Positions 1 through 11,409 of a stretch of DNA of 64,000 bases are shown here, piece after piece. The stretch comes from Mustelus asterias. Lineage: Eukaryota. The position numbers were made by a program, and so were the translations under genes. Numbering within the stretch: position 1 is the stretch's first letter; every line of letters starts with the position of its first letter. The DNA is taken from assembly GCF_964213995.1 (NCBI RefSeq), contig NW_027590123.1, positions 992,001-1,056,000 of the forward strand, given 5' to 3'. Under the pieces are notes generated by a model that saw nothing but the letters and a program-made list of their open reading frames with translations, was not told the DNA's origin and did no database searches.

Positions 1-1300
1 TTTTATTTGGGGTGGGGGAGAGATGGAGGGGGGGGGGAGCGAGGGAGAGAGAGGGAGAAGTGTGGTTCCCTCATTGCCCACTCACTTTAGCCCAATCCTC
101 ACTTAAAATATCACTTTGTATCTGGCCCTGCTCAGACTGTGTGTGGGATCTTGCTGTGCCCTCCTCCCCACCCCATATTCCCTGCACTGTGACAGCGCCC
201 CACACTTTAAACATGAAAAGATGGAGAGGAAGGAGGGTGGGGTAGAGAGAGAGGAACAGAGAATGGGTGGGGAGTGTCGGGGGCTCAGTGGAGGGGGGTA
301 GGGGGATAGAGACAGAGGCTCTGGGGGTGGGTGGGTGTCCTCCTGCAGTGTGGGACTCCCTGTGGGATCCTGATTGCAGCATTCCCAGTCTCTCTCTCTC
401 TCACTGTGAAGCACTCGGGAGGGAGAGGGAGCTGAAATTCAAATTCCTGAGCCTGGGGGAAAGGCTTGTTCTCAGTCCCACAGTCCTGCTTGTGTTTTCA
501 GACAGGGCGCTGGGATTTGTGGGTGTGGATGGAGAAGATTGTTCTGTTTAACTGGGGGGTGGGAGAGAGGGGGGTTTGTTCTTTCTACCTGAGGAATAAT
601 GCAGCCTCTGTGACTAGGCCGCACTTCACGGCCTAAATCTCAGCAGCACTTTTGCATTCGCTTAATTCCCCAACAGGGTTTAAGTGGCTGAATTCAATGG
701 TTCAATAAAATGTGAAGCAGCCGCTTCAGGGTGGGATTGTGGATTTTCCTGCCCCCGCCTCCCTCTCATTTCCCTTTTGATTGTGAGTTTTATTTTAAAC
801 GGTCAGACAGAAACTTAGAGAGAGCATTTCAATCCAGATTCACCTCGAGGTAGAGAAACAGAGCAGAGATCAGGACAGGTTATCCAGAGACGGGGTATTG
901 GACAGATATAGATCTGGGGGAAGTGTGTAGGAGACGGAGAGGGAGAAACAGAGTGAGGGGAGAGAGGTGACTGATAGAAGTGGGAACTTCATTGGGGCCT
1001 CCTGTGTTTATTCACTGGCCTGTCTCTGGAGTAAAGCCCCCAGAATGCTTTGACGTGTTTAATAAATTCAATATCGGGACAGTCAGGAGGCAGTTGGAAG
1101 TTCATTGCATTTGAAACGTGTTCCCATTTTGTCAGGGTTTAATAATGAGGAGGTGAAAATGAATGTTTCCCCCACCCCCCCCAGTGAGATTGTGAATTTC
1201 AGCAAGTCCTGGGATCTTGCTGTGCCTTTTATTGTTTTTAATCAGCTTTTGTTTTGTGTTTAATCAAATTTCACTTTATTTTCTCTTTCTCTCTTCCAAG

Positions 1301-1420
1301 GAGAATTCCTTTGGAAACTTTGGCGATGCAGAGAGCGAATAGTTTTGCCATGAGGAATCCTCGGACAAGAGCTATAACCAGAGAGAAAAATATTAATAAA
1401 AGTCCCCGTGTCTTTGTCGT
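1301..1420 (+). other. Candidate terminal exon of an unidentified gene
   Basis: Strong polypyrimidine acceptor (tttattttctctttctctcttccaag, AG 1299-1300). Short reading frames end ENSFGNFGDAESE* or EFLWKLWRCRERIVLP*. AATAAA at 1395-1400 is followed by a GT/T-rich tract. Confidence 0.3.
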
Positions 1421-4180
1421 TCATTTTTATACACAGATAGACTGGTGGGGCTTTTACACTGAGGGTTAGTGGTCTGTGTGTCAGGGGGAGGGGGTATTCC
1501 CAGTGATCCCTGCTCCAATGTAATCCCACAGATTTCAATCCCTCTCCCTGAAGCTCTGTCTGTGCAACTCCCCCATCCTCAGAACTGTTTCTCCACATCT
1601 TTCCAATCCCTGTCTCTCCTCATCCTTTATACCTCAGCCTCTCACAATGGCAGCATCTTTCCCTTTTTCTCTCCTTCTCTCTGTCTTTCACTCTCTCTGA
1701 AACGTTGTCACTCTGTCTTGCCAAAGCCCCACTTTCTACTTATCTCCACATCTCACTTTGTATCTCAGCCTCTCTGGACATCTCCCTCTCTCTCTCTGTG
1801 GATCATTTTATCTCAATCACAGCAGCCTCCTCTCCGTCTCTCTCTCTATCTCTGCTCCCCCCTCTGTCTATCTCTGCTCCCTCTCTGTGACTCATTCTGT
1901 CTGAAGTACAGCAGCATTCTCTCTCACTCCCCATCTCTATATCTGTTCACAATAACTTCATTGCAGTGTTAATGTAAGCCTACTTGTGATTAACAAATAA
2001 AATTTTAACTTTAACTCTACTTTTGTCTCTTATCTCTCTCTCTATCGCTTCCCTCTATCTGCTTCCCCCTCTCTCTGATCTCTGCTTCCCCCTCTGTGAA
2101 TCAGTCTGAATTACAGTCGCATCCTCCCCATCTCCCTGATCTCTGCTTCCCCCTCTCTGTGAATCATTCTGTCTGAATTACAGCAGCATTCTCTCTATCT
2201 CCATCTCTATATCTCTGCTTCTCTGTCTCTTATATCTCTCTCTCTGCTCTCTCGTGGGGGACGGGCCAGATCACGGGTTTGCTGTTCACAAGCAGCAAAG
2301 GCCCAGGAACGCAGAGGGAGGGAATCAGGGGCAATTCAGAGGGATCCAGCACTGCTGAAAGGGGGGAGTGTGTAATACAGGGGTTTGTTCAGAGCCGGGG
2401 CTATTAGACAGAGAGGGAAGGGGCCGGTGGGGGAGGCTGTTGTACAAGAGCGGGAAAAATTATAACACAGGCTGACCAGAGTCAGGGGTTATCAGAGAAA
2501 GGGGGCAATGGAGGAGGGGAGGGGGAATCAGACAGGGGGTCTGTTGTACAGGATGGGGGTGGGGGATGTTATAACACAGGCTGCTCAGTGTCAAGGGAAT
2601 TAGTCATTTGAACGTTAATGTTTAAAATGGGCAGAGTTTCCACATCCAACTCCACCAGGAGCTGTTTACAGGGGGGTGGTGGACGGGGATGGACGCGCGG
2701 AGGGGGGGGGGTACTAATTAGAAAGGGGGGGATCTGTCAGTCCAGAGGCTGTTCACAGGGAGGGAGTGGGAATTTGCCAGGTTGAGAGGGGCGGGGGGGG
2801 GAAAGAGGGGAACTTAGAGGGATACGGGGCTCAGAGGGAAGGATCGGGAGATTTAGAGGGATTGTGAGGAGGGACGACAGATTTGGCTGGAGTGGGGGGG
2901 GGATTGAGGGGGATTAAAGGGGGAGAGTGGAGAGGGATGTAGGGGGAGACTCAGGGATTGTGGTCGGGAATTAGAGGGATTCAGGGGGATTTAAGGGTCT
3001 CATGGGGACTTTGGGATTTAGCGGGGCTGAGAGGGAGGGAATCGGGGGGAATTCGGGAAGAGGGGGCTCAGAGGGGGATTTCTGGGGTTCTGAGGGATAC
3101 AGGAGGGATTGGGGGGTTTACGGGGATTAAAAGACATGGTTTGGTGCTCAGACAGATAGAAGGGGTGGGATTGGAGAGGGAGCAGGATTCGGGGGCAGAG
3201 GAATGTGGCGAGGGTGGGTGCGATCTCGGGAGACATTCAGGGGGGATTCCAGAGGAATCTCAGGGGCTTAGAATCTGGGGAGGGTCTGGATGGGGTAGGG
3301 AGTCAGAGGGAGTTAGCAGGGGGGCGAGTCGGGGTGGAGGGAAAGGGATTGAGGGCGGGGTGGATTTATAGGGATTTGGGAGGGGGGAAATTCAGAGAGG
3401 GATTTAGGGTGGGGCCTTGCATCAGGGTTAGAATTGGGGGGGTGTCGAGCGATTCGGAGTGGGGGGGTGACTCAGAGGGATTCAGGGGTGGGGAGGACTG
3501 AGGAAGGATTGGGTGGCTTGATTTTGGCAGGGGGGGGGCAAAGGGAGCCTTTGGGGGGGGGCTGAGGATTTGGGGCAGGAACTTGGAGGATTCAGGGGGC
3601 TGAGAGTCAGATTGGCAGTGGGTGTCAGAGAGATTGAGCGGGGGGAGGGGGTGCTTACAGAGTCGGATTAAAGGAGATCGGGCAGAGGGAAGATCGGGCA
3701 GAGGGACAGGGAATCAGGTGGGGGAAAGAGGAGTTTTGGGGGGGAATTAGTGGAGATTGAGGGCAGCGGGTTGAGAAGGATTGGGAGTGGCTCAGAGGGC
3801 TTTGGCGGTGAGTTCCTGAGAGAGAGTGAGTGGGGGGGGTGATTAGAGTGGGATTGGAGAAGATTGGGCAGAGAGGATCGGGGGGAGGGGCCGAGAGAGA
3901 TTGGGCAGCAGGGAGGGTTAGAGGCGTTGAAGTGGAGGGATTTAGAGTGCGTTTCTGGAGTGGGGAATTAAGGAGGGGTTTGGGGGGGGGGGAGGGGAAT
4001 TTGGGGGTGAGAGACTGAGGGTGGCGGGTTTAAAAGGATTGGGAGTGGGTTCAGGAGAAGGGTTCGGGGGGATTGAGCTGAGAGAGGAATCTATAGGGCA
4101 TTGGCAGGAAGGGGAGGGGGGGGGGGGGGGAGATTCAGCAGCGGTTTTTGTGTCTGGTGGGAACAGCTGGAGACGGGAAG

Positions 4181-4482
4181 CGGGGGGGGGCGCAAGTCGG
4201 GGGGGCGCAATTCGGGGGGGGGGGCGCAATTCGGGGGGGGGGCGCAATTCGGGGGGGGGGGGCGCAATTCGGGGGGGGGGGCGCAATGCCGGGGGGGGGG
4301 GGGCAATACGGGGGGGACAAAGCCCAGGGGGGGGACAAAGCCCAGGGGGGGGGGAGGGACAAAGCCCAGGGGGGGGGGGGGGGGGGAGAGGGACAAAGCC
4401 CAGGGGGGGGGGGGGGAGGGACAAAGCCCAGGGGGGGGGGGACAAAGCCCAGGGGGGGGGGGACAAAGCCCAGGGGGGGGAA
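4181..4482 (+). repeat. G-run tandem repeat (GCGCAATTC/GCAATAC/ACAAAGCCCA cores separated by G7-G15), G-quadruplex-prone
   Basis: Directly visible; it ends at an assembly gap. Confidence 0.9.
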
Positions 4483-5006
4483 NNNNNNNNNNNNNNNNNN
4501 NNNNNNNNNNNNNNNNNNNNNNNNNNNNNNNNNNNNNNNNNNNNNNNNNNNNNNNNNNNNNNNNNNNNNNNNNNNNNNNNNNNNNNNNNNNNNNNNNNNN
4601 NNNNNNNNNNNNNNNNNNNNNNNNNNNNNNNNNNNNNNNNNNNNNNNNNNNNNNNNNNNNNNNNNNNNNNNNNNNNNNNNNNNNNNNNNNNNNNNNNNNN
4701 NNNNNNNNNNNNNNNNNNNNNNNNNNNNNNNNNNNNNNNNNNNNNNNNNNNNNNNNNNNNNNNNNNNNNNNNNNNNNNNNNNNNNNNNNNNNNNNNNNNN
4801 NNNNNNNNNNNNNNNNNNNNNNNNNNNNNNNNNNNNNNNNNNNNNNNNNNNNNNNNNNNNNNNNNNNNNNNNNNNNNNNNNNNNNNNNNNNNNNNNNNNN
4901 NNNNNNNNNNNNNNNNNNNNNNNNNNNNNNNNNNNNNNNNNNNNNNNNNNNNNNNNNNNNNNNNNNNNNNNNNNNNNNNNNNNNNNNNNNNNNNNNNNNN
5001 NNNNNN
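4483..5006. other. Assembly gap (N run)
   Basis: Ns. Confidence 1.
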
Positions 5007-5320
5007 GAAAGATTGAGAAAGACAGAGCGAAAGATTGAGAGAGAGATTGAGAGAAAGATTGAGAGACAGAAAGATTGAGANNNNNNNNNNNNNNNNNNNN
5101 NNNNNNNNNNNNNNNNNNNNNNNNNNNNNNNNNNNNNNNNNNNNNNNNNNNNNNNNNNNNNNNNNNNNNNNNNNNNNNNNNNNNNNNNNNNNNNNNNNNN
5201 NNNNNNNNNNGATTGAGACATAGAAAGATTGAGAGATAGAAAGATTGAGAGATAGAAAGATTGAGAGATAGAAAGATTGAGAGATAGAAAGACAGAGATT
5301 GAGAGAGAGATTGAGAGAGA
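5007..5320 (+). repeat. ~16-bp GAAAGATTGAGAGATA minisatellite interrupted by a second gap (5081-5210)
   Basis: Visible tandem units on both sides of the N run. Confidence 0.85.
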
Positions 5321-5436
5321 GAAAGGTTGAAAGAGAGAAAGATGGAGAGGGAGATTGAGAGGAGGCTGCAAACAGAGAGAAAAGCAGGGCTGAGGCGGGA
5401 AAGGTGCGGACAGAAAGTGAAGAGGTTCATACTCAC

Positions 5437-5668
5437 CATCGCACATGTTTTCCCTCGGTGATCTCTCCAACTCCTTCCATCCCCTCTCCCATGGTGGGGA
5501 GAGAGATCCTTGGCCAGGGGCTTTGTGCTGGGAAAGGGGGGGTTACAATATCAGAGCTGGAACTCCATGCAAGCACACACTGACTCACTCACAAAGACAC
5601 AGCTTACCTGATACTTACCAACCCACGTGTAGAGAGAGACTGGACAATGCATCGCCAGCCTTTTTATA
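5437..5668 (-). other. Candidate promoter plus first two exons of an unidentified minus-strand gene
   Basis: TATAAAA at 5668-5662 and an Inr-like CCAGTCT (A at 5641). Donors GTAAGT (5618) and GTAAGC (5607), acceptor CCCTTTCCCAG (5529-5528). Kozak CCACCATGG at 5492 opens MGEGMEGVGEITEGKHVR, followed by donor GTGAGT at 5436. Confidence 0.5.
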
Positions 5669-7597
5669 ACCTCACTGAGTCCCACACCTCCCCAATCAAT
5701 CCTTATCCAACCACAGCTCCTCCACCTCACCTGAACACACCTCCTCCTACCTGGCCCAGTCCAACACCAACCTGTCTCTGACTGTGTGGGGGGGGTGTTT
5801 GTGTGTGGGGGTTAGTGAGCACCAGGCAAATGGTTTATCCCAAGGCTCTCCCTCCCCCCCACTCCCAGCTTCACATCACCAGCACTGGGAGCTGAGAGAA
5901 GATGGGTTTCAATTAACTCGCAGCCCTGCACTGCCAGAGAGAGAGAGAGGCCAGGTCTGAATGTGGATTGTACAACTTGTTCATCCAGGACTCCATCTGC
6001 TACAGGTTTGCACCCTTTGCTGATTCTTGCAAAATTCACTTTTCCTTAAGTTGCCTGAACTGAAACAATATCTTGCAAAGTTCTTTGTTGCTGCATTTAC
6101 AAATCCCACTTCTGATTTACAATCTGCCTGTTGTCTGTCCGGGTGTCTGAATGTGTGTGTGTGCCCTGTGCTTAGTGGTTAATAATTCACCAGAGATCAG
6201 AGCTGCAAAATAAAGCGTTTCAACTTTTTTTAACAGAAGCACTGGCTGGGGGAGGGGAGGGAGAGAATGAGAGTGAAGTTTCTGTCTGATGAATGCTGTA
6301 AATGTGTCTTTAACCAGCAGCTCTGCAGAGAGACAGATGCAGGATTTTAAACTCTCTGGGAGCTGCAGGCAGGAACTCACACACACACACACACACACAG
6401 ATAGACATCAGCTCCTGTTTCACACCAACAACCAGGCTGGAGTCTATGCAGCTAATTTCCATCCAGAAATGTACTTGATCCATGAAGTCAGTGAGGGCTA
6501 CATTCCCATGACTTCCCATTCAGTCCAATCCAGCTCAGTTTGTTGGAATGCAGTGTGGGAGCCTCTGAGGGAGTTTGGCTCTGGGGGGGGGGGGGGGTTC
6601 ACTTTTCTCTCATTCAATCTCTCCTGTCTTCCACCCTCTCACAGACCTTCCTTTCGTCCCTGTCCCACCCGCCCCTTTCTCCAAACCTGTTACATTTCTA
6701 ACTTTCCCCAGTTCACAGGAAAGGTCACAGAGCTGAAATGTTAACTCTGTTTCTCTCTCTCTCTGCACAGATGCTGCCGAACCTGCTGAGTTTAATTCCA
6801 GCATTTCCCTGTTTTCTAAGATTTCACAGAATAGTGTTGGTGCAGGAGGAGGCCATTTGGCCCATCGTGTCTGCACCAGCTCTCCAATGTGCTGTTAAAT
6901 CAGAGATTGGTGTAAAACTGGGATCTGTTCCTGACTGAGAGCGAAACGGCAGCTTTACATTTCCAACCTGAAAATAACTGGCCAATATTTTGTGCAGATT
7001 GTTCCCAGTTCCTTGATTGTGGTCTATCCCTAACTGCCCTTGAACTGAGCGGCTTGCTTGCTGGGCCATTCCAGAGTCAACCACATCGTGTGGACCTGGA
7101 TTCACATGAAAGACTTACAGGTCCTACCAGACCTGCTGAGATTTTCCAGCGTCCTCTGGTCTTATTCTGGAGTCGGATAAGTTCCTTCTCTAAAGGGCAT
7201 CGGTGAACCAAATGGGTTTTAACGGCAATGGTTTCATGGTCATCACCAGGCCTTTAATGACAGATTTTTATTGAATTGAGATTTCACTATTTGCTGTGGT
7301 GTGATTGGAAGCTGGCTGGCTCTGGGCTCCCAGTCCAGTGACAATACCCCCACACCATCAGACTGAGAGCATTTGTGTGATAGTCCCCAGTCTACCACTT
7401 TCAGGCCGGTCTCAATATGTTTAAAATAAACCGTTTTAAAATAAATCAATTCAAGTCTAATTAAATACGAGTTGGAGGAATTCACAGGAGCCTGGGGCAG
7501 TTTTCTAACACATTACCATCTTTCTATAGATAAGGAATCAAGTATTGTACACAATACTCCAGATGTGGTCTCTCCAATGCCTTGCACAATGGAAACA

Positions 7598-7980
7598 TAC
7601 TGGAATTTAGAAGAATGAGAGATAACTGACAAGATGATAAAAGGTGTGGATAAAGTAGACGTGGAGCGGATGCTTCCTCCTGTGGGGCATTCTAGGACGA
7701 GAGGTCACAGTCTTAGGATAAGGGGCAGCAAATTTAAAACAGAGTTGAGGAGAAACTACTTCTCCCAAAGCGTTGTGAATCTGTGGAATTCGCTACCCCA
7801 AAGAGCGGAGGATGCTGGGACAGTGAGTAAATTTAAGTAGGGGTTAGACAGATTTTTAATTGGTGATGGGTTGAAGGGTTATGGGGAGAAGGCAGGAAAA
7901 TGGGGATGAGGAGCATATCAGCCATGATCGAATGACGGAACGGACTCGATGGGCCGAATGGCCTAATTCTGCTCCAATAT
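7598..7980 (+). mobile_element. CR1 LINE 3' fragment
   Basis: ORF2 C-terminus (TRGHSLRIRG..RRNYFSQSVVNLWNSLP) plus the CR1 3' UTR. Confidence 0.85.
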
Positions 7981-8339
7981 CTGAGGAATTTCTGACCCGT
8001 CCTATTTAATAATACATTCTCTCGTAATAAATGGTAACATTTTATGACATTTCTAATTAATTGCTGTACCTGTATATTAGCCCCTTTTGATTCATGCCCA
8101 AGGACGGCCCAATCCCTCTGTCCCTCAGAATGTTGTGATCTCGCACCATTTAGTTATTAAGTGTATTTTATATTCATCAGGCCAAAATGTACATTTTCAC
8201 ATCCGCCCACATAAACACAATTTGGCGAAGCTTTGCCAATTCACTGAACTATTTATGTCCCTTCATCGTCCCCTTACATCCTCATCACCATTTATTTTCC
8301 AATCTATCGTTGTATCGTCAGCAAACTTAACATCCATAT

Positions 8340-9921
8340 CTGCTCTGTAACATATCACTGTGTAATCCAACAATTAATCCAGTTCCCCTGGATTACTGCT
8401 CTGTGACATTTCACTGTGTAATCTAACAATTAATCCAGTTCCCCTGGATTACTGCTCTGTGACATTTCACTGTGTAATCTAACAATTAATCCAGTTCCCC
8501 TGGATTACTGCTCTGTGACATTTCACTGTGTAATCTAACAATTAATCCAGTTCCCCTGGATTACTGCTCTGTGACATTTCACTGTGTAATCTAACAATTA
8601 ATCCAGTTCCCCTGGATTACTGCTCTGTGACATTTCACTGTGTAATCTAACAATTAATCCAGTTCCCCTGGATTACTGCTCTGTGACATTTCACTGTGTA
8701 ATCTAACAATTAATCCAGTTCCCCTGGATTACTGCTCTGTGACATTTCACTGTGTAATCTAACAATTAATCCAGTTCCCCTGGATTACTGCTCTGTAACA
8801 TATCACTGTGTAATCTAACAATTACTCCAGTTCTCCTGGATTACTGCTCTGTGACATTTCACTGTGTAATCTAACAATTAATCCAGTTCTCCTGCATTAC
8901 TGCTCTGTAACATATCACTGTGTAATCCAACAATTACTCCAGTTCCCCTGGATTACTGCTCTGTAACATATCACTGTGTAATCCAACAATTACTCCAGTT
9001 CCCCTGGATTACTGTTCTGTAACATATCACTGTGTAATCCAACAATTACTCCAGTTCCCCTGGATTCCTGCTCTGTAACATATCACTGTGTAATCTAACA
9101 ATTACTCCAGTTCCCCTGGATTCCTGCTCTGTAACATATCACTGTGTAATCTAACAATTAATCCAGTTCCCTGGATTACTGCTCTGTAACATATCACTGT
9201 GTAATCCAACAATTACTCCAGTTCTCCTGCATTACTGCTCTGTAACATATCACTGTGTAATCTAACAATTAATCCAGTTCCCCTGGATTACTGCTCTGTG
9301 ACATTTCACTGTGTAATCTAACAATTAATCCAGTTCCCCTGGATTACTGCTCTGTAACATATCACTGTGTAATCTAACAATTACTCCAGTTCTCCTGGAT
9401 TACTGCTCTGTGACATTTCACTGTGTAATCTAACAATTAATCCAGTTCCCCTGGATTACTGCTCTGTAACATATCACTGTGTAATGTAACAATTACTCCA
9501 GTTCTCCTGCATTACTGCTCTGTAACATATCACTGTGTAATCCAACAATTACTCCAGTTCCCCTGGATTACTGCTCTGTAACATATCACTGTGTAATCTA
9601 ACAATTAATCCAGTTCCCCTGGATTACTGCTCTGTAACATATCACTGTGTAATCTAACAATTACTCCAGTTCTCCTGGATTACTGCTCTGTAACATATCA
9701 CTGTGTAATCTAACAATTACTCCAGTTCTCCTGGATTACTGCTCTGTAACATATCACTGTGTAATCCAACAATTACTCCAGTTCTCCTGGATTACTGCTC
9801 TGTAACATATCACTGTGTAATCTAACAATTACTCCAGTTCCCCTGGATTACTGCTCTGTAACATATCACTGTGTAATCTAACAATTACTCCAGTTCTCCT
9901 GGATTACTGCTCTGTAACATA
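8340..9921 (+). repeat. 56-bp tandem satellite, ~28 copies
   Basis: Unit CTGCTCTGTAACATATCACTGTGTAATCTAACAATTAATCCAGTTCCCCTGGATTA with a few recurring variant positions. Confidence 0.97.
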
Positions 9922-9923
9922 AT

Positions 9924-11123
9924 ATGTTGGACACGGGTGAGGTCCCTGAGGATTGGAGGATAGCGAATGTGGTCCCGTTGTTTAAGAAGGGTAGCAGGGA
10001 TAACCCGGGAAATTATAGGCCGGTGAACTTGACGTCCGTGGTAGGGAAGTTGTTGGAGAGGATTCTTAGAGACAGGATGTATGTGCATTTAGAACGGAAC
10101 AAACTCATTAGTTACAGACAGCATGGTTTTGTAAGAGGGAGGTCGTGCCTTACAAATTTGGTGGAGTTTTTTGAGGAAGTGACAAAAACGGTTGATGAAG
10201 GAAGGGCCGTGGATGTCGTCTATATGGATTTCAGTAAGGCATTTGACAAAGTCCCACATGGCAGGTTGGTTAAGAAGGTTAAGGCTCATGGGATACAAGG
10301 AGAAGTGGCTAGATGGGTGGAGAACTGGCTTGGCCATAGGAAACAGAGGGTAGTGGTCGAAGGGTCTTTTTCCGGCTGGAGGTCTGTGACCAGTGGTGTT
10401 CCGCAGGGCTCTGTACTGGGACCTCTGCTATTTGTGATATATATAAATGATTTGGAAGAAGGTGTAACTGGTGTAATCAGCAAGTTTGCGGATGACACGA
10501 AGATGGCTGGACTTGCGGATAGCGAAGAGCATTGTCGGGCAATACAGCAGGATATAAATAGGCTGGAAAATTGGGCGGAGAGGTGGCAGATGGAGTTTAA
10601 TCCGGATAAATGTGAAGTGATGCATTTTGGAAGAAATAATGTAGGGAGGAGTTATACAATAAATGGCAGAGTCATCAGGAGTATAGAAACACAGAGGGAC
10701 CTAGGTGTGCAAGTCCACAAATCCTTGAAGGTGGCAACACAGGTGGAGAAGGTGGTGAAGAAGGCATATGGTATGCTTGCCTTTATAGGACGGGGTATAG
10801 AGTATAAAAGCTGGAGTCTGATGATGCAGCTGTATAGAACGCTGGTTAGGCTACATTTGGAGTACTGCGTCCAGTTCTGGTCGCCGCACTACCAGAAGGA
10901 CGTGGAGGCATTGGAGAGAGTGCAGAGAAGGTTTACCAGGATGTTGCCTGGTATGGAGGGTCTTAGCTATGAGGAGAGATTGGGTAGACTGGGGTTGTTC
11001 TCCTTGGAAAGACGGAGAATGAGGGGAGATCTAATAGAGGTGTGCAAGATTATGAAGGGTATAGATAGGGTGAACAGTGGGAAGCTTTTTCCCAGGTCGG
11101 AGGTGACGGTCACGAGGGGTCAC
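9924..11123 (+). mobile_element. CR1 LINE ORF2 RT fragment (5'- and 3'-truncated), same subfamily as 24987-27918
   Basis: Motifs [21 protein letters not shown] and FADD; closely similar to the corresponding part of the 25-28 kb copy. Confidence 0.95.
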
Positions 11124-11379
11124 GGGGGGGGGGGCAATGCCGGGGGGGGGGGCAATGCCGGGGGGGGGGGGCAATGCCGGGGGGGGGCAATACGGGGGGG
11201 GGGGCAATACGGGGGGGGGGCAATACGGGGGGGGGGGCAATACGGGGGGGGGGCAATACGGGGGGGGGGCGCAATACGGGGGGGGGGCGCAATTCGGGGG
11301 GGGCGCAATTCGGGGGGGGGCGCAATTCGGGGGGGGGCGCAATTCGGGGGGGGGGGCGCAATTCGGGGGGGGGCGCAAT
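11124..11379 (+). repeat. G-run tandem repeat (GCAATGCC/GCAATAC/GCGCAATTC + Gn), same family as 4181-4482
   Basis: Directly visible. Confidence 0.9.
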
Positions 11380-11409
11380 TAATAAATAAACTTGAAACTT
11401 AATCCAGTT

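Noticed and set aside
4143-4170. Perfect nonamer GGTTTTTGT suggesting a J-type RSS
   Set aside because: No heptamer ending in GTG at 12 or 23 nt, and no J coding sequence.
3942-5470. Long Gly-, Pro- and RGG-rich ORFs
   Set aside because: Produced by G-run repeats and by reading through N gaps.
5812-6744. Short ORFs upstream of the candidate promoter
   Set aside because: No recognisable homology or consistent splice signals.
8340-9921. CRISPR-like array (regular repeats with an internal hairpin)
   Set aside because: No unique spacers, no cas genes, vertebrate context; it is a head-to-tail satellite. The 28-nt inter-RSS part has no FGxG motif, so these are not J segments either.
11031-11402. 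RGG-rich tail fused to the CR1 RT ORF, and overlapping Pro-rich ORFs
   Set aside because: A stop-free simple repeat abutting a truncated LINE; no start context or promoter.
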